DNA of 35,663 nucleotides from Chlorokybus atmophyticus (Eukaryota; Plantae; Mesostigma and Chlorokybus algae): the NCBI GenBank assembly GCA_009103225.1, contig RHPI01002945.1:1-35663 (forward strand), in the 5' to 3' direction. A program made the position numbers and the translations under genes. This document shows, in pieces, positions 23,361 to 34,313 of the stretch (positions are counted from its first letter, which is position 1; each line of letters opens with the position of its first letter). The notes beneath the pieces are model-generated. The model was not told the DNA's origin, did no database searches, and saw nothing but the letters and a program-made list of their open reading frames with translations.

Positions 23361-24595
23361 AACATGGCGAACAGATCATATACACACCTCACTGCAGCAC
23401 AACGGGAAGTTATGCACCTTGGCCCACATTACACCAAAGCCATTTATCATAATCTGATCGGCTACTACTTGAGCAGACACTCACCACCACCACCGCCACC
23501 ACCACCACCCTAGTATGGCCTATAGACTGAGTCCGTAACACCCAGGTACCTACTTCAGATTGCTCATAGTCCAGCTGCAGGCTGGGCTTATAGGCATCCA
23601 TTCAGTGTACATGGCCTGCAGAACAGATGTGCATAAGTGTATACAGTTCTATATTGCCATTACATGTTCATTGCTTGCCCTGCTTGCTCGGCCATCACAC
23701 ATGCAGTCGCATGCACACGCGCACAGTGCACATAGTTGTCTGCAAGGCGCAGTTATCCGAACTGGTCTATGATGCAGACACACGCACTTGACAAACACGT
23801 GAATGCAAGTGCAAACACACTCACTTGTTGCCTGCTGTCCTGGCTTCCAATACATGCGATGTTGGTTGAATTTCATTCGCCGTCCATCACTTCTACCCCT
23901 CTCAGTCCACGCAAAGCTGCTTCTGCTGCTCCCTTGCCTTGGCCAGCTGAGCTTTGTTTTGGCTGAGAAAGGGTCCTCCACCTGGTCGCTCGCAGCTGTG
24001 TTAACCACCCAGACGCCTAGCCTCCTCCCCCCTGCCTTCTTCAGGTAGTCGACTACCATATGACCATCGGACCGCACCTCTTTGACCACAACAACCCAAG
24101 GGGGTGGGTCAGCAGGATCTTCATCTGGGGGCTCACGCGGAAGTCTGAAGTCGAAAATGGACTTACTGTTGTGCCGCATCTCCAGGACATCGCCCTTTTC
24201 TGGCCACACCGGCAAGGGGATGTCGGCTGCAGTGACTCTCAACTCTGTGCTGTTATAGTCGTACGCCAATTGATGATTTGCTACATCACGGTTGAGCAAC
24301 ACCCAGAGCTTGCGTTGCAACTGGTCTCCACCGATGAGCGTAAACTCATCTGCCAAACGCCCAATGCACTGTGCACCAGTGTCTCTGTCAATCAGGTCAT
24401 TGCCCATGGCATCACGCTTCTTGGTATAAGGCCGCACTTGCACATGGATAGTGGATTTTCGCCAATTGAACAGGTAGATCTCATCCACCCGGCATGGTGC
24501 GACAGTTGGGTCCGCCAATTTCACGTTATTAACGCCACTGCGTCTGCTAATACCAAAGGCTTAACTCAATCACTTTGTATTAAGTGATGACACAT

Positions 24596-24763
24596 GACAG
24601 TGCCTATGAGACTTTCGGGCAGAGCAATAGAATGCGTAATTCGTAGACACTGGACAGTGCCTATGAGACTTTCGGTCAGAGCAATAGATTACATAATTCG
24701 TAGACACTGGACAGTGCCTATGAGACTTTAGGTCAGAGCAATAGATTACATAATTCGTAGACT
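24596..24763 (-). repeat. 57-bp minisatellite, locus 2 (3 units), inside transposase intron 24538-24772
   Basis: Units start at 24596, 24653 and 24710 and are nearly identical. Confidence 0.95.
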
Positions 24764-25913
24764 AAACCACACCTGTAGATGACCCCGTTACGCAGATATG
24801 CGCGGAACTTGCGTATGCCTCCAAGCAAGTTGCCAGTGATGTCCTCAATGCGCTTGATTTTCAAGGCCAAGGGTCCCTGAAGAGGGACAGGCTTCCTGGT
24901 GCTGCCAATAAGGATGCCCTTTTCTCTGATCAGTCGCGCATGCTCCAAGTCAAAGAATTTCTCAGCGAGGGTCCAGAGCTCCATGGCGTGCTTTTGAGTG
25001 CGCACTTCGCAATTGCAGTCACTACATGCTCCACTCAGAGGCTGGTAAACCTGCTGAAAGTGCGCCATTATATCATTAGCTCGGTGGCACAACAGCTTTC
25101 CAGTCCTCTGATCTTCTCGCATGACGTTGAGCGTCCTCATAAACCATCTCTTTAGTGTACGCCGCATGTAGCTGATCTCAAACTGCTTCCCATTGGTGAA
25201 GATGTTGACATAGTTGGACACAGTGCGCTCTTGCACAAAACACCAGTACACATCATGACTCCCGTGCCAGATGATGTCCTCCAAAATGTGACCGGCACCG
25301 GCCACATGCTCGTTGGGCCTTTTGTTGTGCCAAACAGGTCCTCCGAGTAGACCCTCCAATATTTTAAAAAAGCGTCAGCAAGTTCCAACAGCTCTGCAAT
25401 TCAGCCATGTAGGCGAGAGTTGTGGAAGAAGATGCGGATGAGCAAGTGAAGCGCAAAGCTGACGTCTCTGGTTGCTTCGTCTACCAGATCGGACACAGCG
25501 TATGGCACAGCATACTGCACGAACATCTGCAAGTCCTGGGCCTTGAACCAAGCCAGGTGCTTGCTGATGCCTCTTGGGAAACGTTTGCTCTTTAAGTCCA
25601 TGGAGCGTGATATGCGCATCTGAGACAGCCTGCGCTCCACCCTGGCAATGTCTTCGACATGCTTTGAACTGTCTGCACCCAGCGTACTGTGCACGAAACA
25701 CTTGCAAAGCCCCTCCAGCAACAGGTGCATCGTGTCATAGACCAAGTCACGGCAAGGGTTAAACTCATACAGATGCCACAACCGCCAGAGTGGAGATTTC
25801 CCTGTGATGCCGCACTCCTTTGATTTTTCTTTCCGGTTTTGGCCATCGAGTGAGTCCACCATGCACGCGTTGTTGAACGCATCCTTTGCTGCTCTCTCTG
25901 CTTGGGGATGGCG

Positions 25914-28900
25914 TGTTGAGAGTCATTCATACATACGATCAGCATCGACCCTCCACATAGGAGTAGAAGGTCGTAAGGATGAGCACTAGGTCCGGACTTA
26001 GCAAGATGGCGTCGTCGGACCAGACTCCGGACTGCAGACTGGAGCCTTACTAACTGCTTCGTATCTCCGCGTATACTTACTCATATTAGGCGTGTAAGAG
26101 CTCTTTGGAAAGCTCTGGTTGTAAGGAAGACAACACAGCTTGGAGCGCGTCAAAAGGCTGAGTATAGCTTACGCAGTGCTTGCAAACGTAGACGTGTGTG
26201 TAACTGGCTGGTATAAGAACCAGCGGACAACTTGTAATAGATGAATGTGATGTGACTTGTGTATGCTCTGGTGGCGGTAGCTCTATCTCTGTGTGTTTAT
26301 GCTTGCCTCAAACTACATGTGCATGCCAGTCCTTCAACAGGTTATGGGCCCACACTACGCTTGAGGAGTGTGAGACTAGCTTGTGTGCATAGTGGTTCTG
26401 CACTACGGTAGCTTGTTGGTAGCAGAGCCTTGGGTGTCAACTGTAAGAATAGGCAGGCACGACAAAGATGGAGGCGACCTACGACAAGGGGCAGATTGCA
26501 AAGCTGGACACCGACAACTACAACACATATGCGTGGAGATGAAGGCCTTGCTCATCCACAAGAAGGTGTGGAAGTATGTTGATCCGAAGGCACCACCCCA
26601 ACACCAGGAGCAAACACTGTGTGGTCAGAGCATTCAGCGGAAGCACACTCTTTGCTTGTGTTGAATTGAAAACCGCATCAGTTTCCCATGCTCACTGCAT
26701 GTGAAGATGGTAGACAAGCTTGGGGAAAGCTATTAGCCGTTTTCAGAGCCAAGAACAATGCCAGAAAGTTGCATCTACGCAAGCAGCTTAGCGCACTCAG
26801 GAAGGAGGCAGCAGAACCCATCACGAAGTATGTTGCACGCGCAAGAGAGCTATGGGCAGACCTCATCAACGTCGGCCATAATATGGGGGAAACGGAGGTA
26901 GTGCTGGCCATTGTTGCAGGGCTACCAGCAGAGTACGAGGTCGTCGCAACCCTGCTGGAGACGTCATCATCGGAGTTGACATTGGACGATGTGCTACCGA
27001 AGCTGCTCACCGTGGAGCAGAGGGTTGTGAAGAAGGACGAGCAAGCGGATGCCGTCGCCTTCTACACCGGCAAGCACGCAAAGAAGAGCAACCATGAAGA
27101 GAAGTACAAGGGCAACAAGCCAGGCAATCCTCGTCACAAAGACCTCACATGCCACTGGTGTGGTTGGAAGGGGCACATTGTGAAGGACTGTAGGAAGAAA
27201 CAACAGGGGCAACCTAGAGCAAGCATCAGCAACAGCGGCAACGAGCACCAACATAAGGAGAAACATGTCGCCTTCACTGCATCCAGTTCGAGGGTGAGCA
27301 CAGCTCTTTGGGTGGTGGACTCTGGCTGCGATCGTCATCTCACACCAAACAAGGAGGTGATGGAGGGCTACAAGAAGCTGACGTCCACAATCAAGGTGGC
27401 GGACTTCGGTGGTGAAGTACTGGTGGCTGAGGGAGTTGGCAACGTACAACTCCAGTGCAAGGTTGGTAACACACTACGCGAGGTGTTGTTACGCAACGTT
27501 CTGCATGTCCCTAAGGCTATTGAGAGTCTATTCTCTGTGAGGGTTGCGGAGCGCTTAGGCGCGGAGATCCTATTTCGGAAGGGTGGCTGCACAGTCAACC
27601 TTGATGGGGTCGTGCACATGGTTGAAATCGCTGATCCGGGAGGGCTCTACCACGTGGAGCAGCACCCTCAGGACATTGACATTCAAGCCATGATGGTGAA
27701 GGACAAGGAGTCGCCAACATTGTGGCATCAAAGGTTCGGGCATCTCAGCTACGTCAACCTTACTCGCCTTGTCGCTGAGAAGATGGTCAAGGGCATCCAT
27801 CTTAGCACAGAAGAATTCAAGAATGCATCAGGTGCACTTTGTGAACCATGCCTGGTTGCAAAGCAGCGTGCTATGCCATTCCCATCATCCTCTTCAAGCA
27901 GTAAGCATCCTTGCGAGCTTGTGCACATGGATGTCTGTGGCCCTATGCGCATTGTGGCGAAGGGAGGGGTCAGGTACTTTGTTACATTCCTCGACATCTG
28001 CAGCAAGCTATCCGTCATCTTTCCGTTGACACTGAAGTCAAAAGTTGCTGGAGCTGTGCGCACAGTTGTGGCCTTGTTGGAGACCCAGTCTGGCAACAAG
28101 ATGAAGGCAATGAGGAGTGATCGAGGAGGGGAGTACATCAACAAGGAGTTGAAGGAGTTCTTCGCCAGCAAGGGCATACGCCACGAGACAACGGCACCCT
28201 ACACCCCGCAGCAGAATGGAGCAGCTGAACGCCTCAACAGGACACTCTTGGAGCATGTTCGAGCCATGCTCAACAACACAAAGATGGAAGACAGTTTGTG
28301 GAAGGAGGCGGTACTCACTGCCAACTACATCCGCAACAGGTCTCCGGTGAGCTCAGAGCAGAAGACTCCGTGGGAGCACTTCTATGGAGCCACACCAGAT
28401 GTGAGTGGTATGCGTGTGTTTGGATGCACGGCATATGCATTAGTGCCTAAACAGCTCAGGCACAAGCTGGAGCTGGTCAGCAAGAAGGGCATCTTTGTTG
28501 GCTATGAACCGGGTACCAAGGCTTACAGGATCTTGCTCGAGGACATTCGAAAGATCATCGTGAGCAGAGAGGTGGTTTTCCACGAGGTGTTATAACAACC
28601 AGAAGCAGGCTTCTTTCCTCGAGATGGAGATGAAGCACAGCCGGAGGAACTTCCTAAAAAAGGGGGAGTTGCAGGCAAGGCCATCATCAACGATAAGGGT
28701 GAGCAGGACTCTACTGTAGCAGACAAGCAGTCGCACCTGCAGCAGGAGCACGCAGCTCGGAGATACCCAATGAGAGAGAGAAAGGCACCTGACTTCTTAC
28801 ACAGGGCACACGTCGCCAGTGTGCACAATGAGGAGCCAAGCACCTACGAGGAGGCATTGTTAGCACCAGATGCGGAGCAATGGCAGCGTGCTATGAACGA

Positions 28901-30832
28901 GGATATTGCGTCACTCCATGCCAACAACACTTGGTCACTGGAGCAGTTACCGCAAGGAGTGAAGACCATCCTAGTGAAATGGGTCTTCAAGGTGAAGCGT
29001 GATGGTCAGGGCAACATTGAGCGCTACAAGGCAAGACTAGTGGCAAAAGGCTTCTTGCAGCAGGAAGGTGTGGACTTCAACGAGGTGTTTGCACCTGCAC
29101 GTAAGCATACCACCTTCCGTGCACTGCTAGCTATGGTTGCTGTTGAAGACCTAGAGCTGCATCACCTGGATGTGAAGACTGCCTTCCTGTACGGAAAGCT
29201 AGAGGAGGAGATCTTCATCGAGCAACCACCTGGATATGAAGAAGGAGAGAGAGGCACAGCGTGCAAGCTGATCAAGGCACTGTACGGGCTGCGACAGGCA
29301 CCGCGTATGTGGCACATCAAGCTCACTAAGGAGCTGGAGGCACTTGGCTTCACCGCATCCTCTGCAGACTCTAGGCTCTTCATTCATGCAGACAACAAGG
29401 TCTGGCTGCTCGTGTATGTTGATGATATCATCATCACCGCCAGGCAGGTGCACCACCTGCAGGAGACGAAACTTGCTCTACAGCAAGCATTCTCAGTTCG
29501 TGATCTTGGAGAGGCCAAGTGGTTCCTTGGCATGGTGGTTGAGCGCGACNTGGCTGCACGAACAATCAAGATCAGTCAGAAGCAGATGGTGAGAAGACTC
29601 GTCATCAAGTTTGGGCTCACTGAAGCGAAGACCAAGACCACACCGTTGGCACTTGGCACTGCCCTCATCAAGGCAATGGATGAGGAGGTACTCGACAAGG
29701 CTCAGTATCCATATGGTGAGCTGGTAGGCAGCATGCTCTATCTGGCAGTGTGCACACGTCCTGATGTTGCACATGCTGTGGGAGTACTTGCTCGCTACAT
29801 GTCTGCGCCGAGCATGGAGCACTGGAGAGCAGCAAAGGGAGTACTATGCGATGTTGCTCGAAGCGCAACAGTTGGCATCAAGTTTGGGAGCGGGAGCACG
29901 AAGTTGGAGGGCTACTGCGACTCGGACTTTGCTGGTGACCTAAACAGCAGGAGGTCCACTACACGCTACGTCTTCAAGCTGAACGGAAGCGTGGTGAGCT
30001 GGAACAGCAGGCTGCAGCCAACAACAGCAGCATCTACATCAGAGGCTGAGTACATGGCAGCGGCAGCAGCAGTGAAAGAGGCACTCTGGCTTCGCAAGCT
30101 TATGGTAGACTTGGAGCACCCCATGGCGTGCATTGTCATCAACTGTGACAACCAAGGAGCCATTAAGTTGTTGAAGCACCCTATCGCCTCGGCAAGGACG
30201 AAGCACATTGATGTAATGCATCACTTTGTGCGTGACAGAGTCACAAGGAAGGAGGTGGAGTTCCAGTACTGCAACACTGAGGGCATGCTGGCGGACGTCA
30301 TGACAGAGCCATTGACATCGCTCAAGTTCAAGACTTGTTGCGCAGGACTTGGCATCTGTGTTTGACTACAGGAGCAAGCGTTGGAGGTCAAGCTGCTCAC
30401 GTGGGAGTGTTGAGAGTCATTCATACATACGATCAGCATCGACCCTCCACATAGGAGTAGAAGGTCGTAAGGATGAGCACTAGGTCCGGACTTAGCAAGA
30501 TGGCGTCGTCGGACCAGACTCCGGACTCCAGACTAGAGCCTTACTAACTGCTTCGTATCTCCGCGTATACTTACTCATATTAGGCGTGTAAGAGCTTGTT
30601 GGAAAGCTCTGGTTGTAAGAAAGACAACACAGCTTGGAGCGCGCTAAAAGGCTGAGTATAGCTTACGCAGTGCTTGCAAATGTAGACGTGTGTGTAACTG
30701 GCTGGTATAAGAATCAGCGGACAACTTGTAATAGACGAATGTGATGTGACTTGTGTATGCTCTGGTGGCGGTAGCTCTGTCTCTGTGTGTCTATGCTTGC
30801 CTCAACTACATGTGCATGCTAGTCCTTCAACA
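25914..30832 (+). mobile_element. Near-intact Ty1/copia LTR retrotransposon (4,919 bp)
   Basis: LTRs at 25914-26339 and 30408-30832 (TGTTG...CAACA; about 13 substitutions and 1 indel by eye); TSD TGGCG; PBS GGTTATGGGCCCA at 26340-26352; PPT GTGGGAG. Confidence 0.98.
26468..30365 (+). pseudogene. pol: copia gag-pol polyprotein
   Basis: CHWCGWKGHIVKDC, VVDSG, IN D,D35E, YVDD and YCDSDFAG. ORFs 26688-28595 and 28770-30365 are in the same frame, separated by one TAA. There are frameshifts in the gag N-terminus. Confidence 0.97.
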
Positions 30833-31119
30833 TGGCGGCAGTAGTAGCGACTATCACCATAAAAATGGTCTGTACGTGTCCTCGTAGTATCTTCACCATA
30901 CTCAGCACGCCGGGGCACTTGGTGCTGAGTGGCTTTGAGGAGACAACGCCGGCAGGGGGACGAGGCCTCCATTAAACTGGCCTATCTCACATTGCGCTGG
31001 CTGGTCACCCGTCCAGGCCCACAGCACTACCCGCAGCGTTATCTCTTGACCTGCAATGAAGTCAACATCAGTATCTCACAACCAGTCTGATAGACTGTAA
31101 TAGGCCGCACTGGGCAGTG

Positions 31120-31262
31120 CAGCCTATGACAGTCTCATAGACCGCAAGAAGGCAGATATGCTATAACCAAGTCGCAGCCACTGAACAGTGCCTATGAGAC
31201 TTTAGCACACACAAAAACGGACTGCATAAGTTGTAGACTCTGGACAGTGCCTATGAGACTTT
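31120..31262 (-). repeat. 57-bp minisatellite family, locus 3 (about 2 degenerate units), inside transposase intron 31051-31304
   Basis: ACAGTGCCTATGAGACTTT occurs twice (about 31186 and 31243). Confidence 0.85.
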
Positions 31263-32639
31263 GGGTGGTATAGGTGACAAAACATGTTATAACCCAGTCA
31301 TCACCTGGTCGTCGATCAAGCACGCGGCTGTCGACATGATTAGAATCGAGGCCATAACGAACAGTGAAGCCGTTCAAGTAGAGGTTCTCCAGGTCACGCA
31401 CCAGTGGTTCCAAAAAGGGCTCCAGACTGTCCACACCGTTTGGGAGCTGATCAATGGGAATAAAGAGTCAAGGCATGACGGAAGACTCTTGTGAGGAAAT
31501 GCGCTTCCCGCCATTGAGCACAGAGGCACTGACAACGGTGCAGCTGTGCTTCACAACGGTTGTTGAGCTGAAGCCGTCGGCGTGGATTAGCAGGGCTATG
31601 TTGCGAGGGTCGCCAAGAGCTTGCTGTACCATCTGATGGTTGGTTTTGTGGCACCCTGAGCATTTAAATGTCACGTGATCGCCTGCGTTGTGATGCTTCA
31701 AATCGACATCCGGGATGTGGTGGCAGAATGCGCAGGATACAGGCAGCTTAATTTTGTGGCGAGGGTCCCAGAAGCTGCAGTGATGCTGCTTCTTCGCACC
31801 ATGCCAGTACTCAGTGTTTGCAGCAGGTACTTGTTCCACAGGGACGTGCAACCACTCATCTTTGTGGCGCCATTCCTCCAGATAGTCGTGAGCGATTGAA
31901 GGGACAGCTAACTTGGCGCTGAGCCAGGCACCTATACGATTGTACAAGAAGTCGCAACATTCTTTGCGAACCCTACCGCATCCCCCTCCGCACGGTGTGT
32001 TGCGAAGGCGATCAATCATTTTTTGCTTGGTCTCGCCCGTGTCCGAGTCCTCGTCATCTTCATTGAGTGTGGGATAAGGCGCATTAAACAAGTACTTGCA
32101 TGTGGGACAGCCGGTTTGGCGCTGAGGAACAGGCATGCCGAGCGCGGCCAACAGTTTATCCACGGCGGCAATGTCTGTCGGCAGCTCATCCTCGACAGGG
32201 CTGTGCGATATTGTCTCGCCTATGAGGCTGGCGATGTCATCCCGCAACTACTCCTGTTCAAAAGGAACCTCCAAGGCCAGCTTGACCACAGAATTTATCT
32301 GGCCAAAAATGAGCTTCATAGTCTCGTTGACGAGCGCAACCTGGACACCAGAATCTTCCAGGGCTGTCACAATCTTTAGGTAGATATATAGCCACTTCTT
32401 TGTAGGAGACTCCGATGGTGGTTGGCTGGGCTCGAGAGGAGTACTTTGGGGAATAGGTGGTGCCCACCTGCTTGCGGCAACTGCCAGGTCAAGTGCACGG
32501 TGCGCCCTTGCAACTGCTTCGTCCACCATCTATGATGACAGATCTTGGTCAGCACGCCAGCGATCAACACCAATCCACATCACCACGCTATCAAGAATCA
32601 CAAGCGAGACACACGCGTGCATGGCTGTGTCATAGACCA

Positions 32640-32800
32640 GACTGGCACTGTCCAGTGCCTATAAGTCCTTAGGTCTCAGCAAAGGAATGCATAAGTCGTA
32701 GACACTGGACAGTGCCTATGAGACTTTCGGTCAGAGCAATGGAGTGCATGACTCGTAGACACTGGACAGTGCCTATGAGACTTTCGGTCAGAGTAATAGA
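32640..32800 (-). repeat. 57-bp minisatellite family, locus 4 (about 3 units), in the intron following the donor at 32824
   Basis: TCGTAGACACTGGACAGTGCCTATGAGACTTTCGGTCAGAG occurs twice, plus a degenerate unit. Confidence 0.9.
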
Positions 32801-33769
32801 TGGAGGATAGACCGCACTGCTTACCATGCCGCGGCATCCACTGGAACTGCAGTTGCAGATAATTTGACGATTCTGCTGCTGGCTCATCACATGATTAGAT
32901 GACTCGTCGGCGAATGAGCCACCTCCAGCTTCAGCAGCCGGTGACAGAGGGGAATGCGAAGTGGATGGCTGGCCAGCGGTTGCAGGGGGGTGAGCAGCAG
33001 GCTGAGTTGCTGAAGCTGGCCTGCAGGGAGTCATATTAGGCGCTTAACAACTGCTGTCAAGAAAATTGTGCTGGTTGTGTCGCAATGAGGCTTGAAAGCT
33101 AGCTAGTGGGGGCAAGGATGTTACCTGAGTGAGGGGTCTACCTGCCCATCCACCTCCATGGGGGACGCGTTGTCACCAGCGAGGCCGCTATCAGCCCAAA
33201 GTTGGGACACCTCAGCTTCTCTGCGGGCAAGATTTTGCTCTCTTTGACTCAACTCCAAGTCCTTCTGACGTAGGAGATCTTGCGTTGCGTTGACAACCAA
33301 CTTGGAACGCTGCTTCCGCTTGCGCAAAGCTGCAAGGTTGACTGCAGGTAGCTTGAGTCCGATAGTCTGGTAGAGTCTTTCAGCAATATGAGCTGCGTTT
33401 TGGTCCGCCATGCTGGGTGCATGCGTAGTACCCACGAAACCAGCTGTTCCAAAGGTTTTCGCCACCGCCGCCGCCGCGGAGACTGCAGCGCAAGCCCAAA
33501 ACCCTAGCAAATGGACAGGGGACCATGCATGCCCAGTGCCTGCTACTCGTTTAGCATTGGCGCACGTGACCTTGGGAGCAACGGACCAGGTGAGATGTGT
33601 CGTATGCTTCCGACGTCATTCTTCACCGTTGGTTATCATAATATATCAATGATCCAAAACAGCCCAGCGCTTGCGCAACATGGAAACATGAACAGTACAA
33701 GAACAATTTTGTAACACATTGTTGCATGTGCTGAGGTAATGATACTTGTAGCATTTTTTATCGTGCCCA

Positions 33770-34238
33770 GGTTAGGTTCCTTATAATCTGGTCCAGGTTG
33801 CTGCCAATGTACCGCTCCAACCTTAGTCAGTGTTCCTCATGAGCCAGTGCTTGACAGTTGTTGAGTGCTGTTTCGGAACCATGGTCTATGAGGGCCGCTT
33901 GCAACCATACCAGTGCAGCTTGGTCCCGCTTGTGAGAACATAATTGGTCCGTACAGTACATGCGTTCTGTATCAGTGCTGCCCTGGCTCATAGGCCGCAG
34001 GGCATGCGACTAGCCTTGGTCCTACTGCTCAGGCCGCGTGCTGACCAGTGTACCGGTCTACAAGCCGCGGGATACGCCACCAGCCCTGGTCCGGTCATTC
34101 GGACCATATCGGCGGGCTCAGGGGCCGGACCACCGGTGGTCCAATCATGCCGGACCAGTCGCGGCACTGGTACGCTACAACGTACCAGACGTGGTCTACG
34201 GGCTGCGTACGACTGATCCGCGCATAAAAAGCCCTGTG
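33770..34238. repeat. Right subterminal GGACCA/TGGTCC array and terminus
   Basis: Perfect palindrome GGACCACCGGTGGTCC at 34127-34142 and CAGCCCTGGTCC at 34081. The terminus reads CACAGGGCTTTTT on the minus strand. Confidence 0.88.
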
Positions 34239-34313
34239 ATAAGTATGCACACATGCATTACCCATTTTGATGCATATGCAAGCATGCAATGCTGATTGTG
34301 CTGTTGCATGCAG

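Larger units (their letters stand above)
23649..33410 (-). pseudogene. CMC/EnSpm (Transposase_21-like) transposase, multi-exon, split by a copia insertion
   Basis: GDPRNIALLIHADGF, SLEPFLEPLVRDLENLYLNG, VVLWAWTGDQPAQCEIG..PCRRC, YDTMHLLLEG (DxxH) and HILEDIIWHGSHDVYWCFVQER. Introns 31051-31304 and 24538-24772 restore the frame. Several stops are present. Confidence 0.9.
7725..34238. mobile_element. CMC/EnSpm (CACTA-like) composite DNA transposon, 26,514 bp including nested copia elements
   Basis: ATA|CACACGGAATTTTT at 7722-7738 and AAAAAGCCCTGTG|ATA at 34226-34241 give a 3-bp TSD. GGACCA/TGGTCC subterminal arrays lie at both ends, and an EnSpm-type transposase is inside. Confidence 0.88.

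Noticed and set aside
24596-24763. CRISPR-like array
   Set aside because: Whole 57-bp units are near-identical with no unique spacers, they lie in eukaryotic introns, and no cas genes are present; this is a minisatellite.
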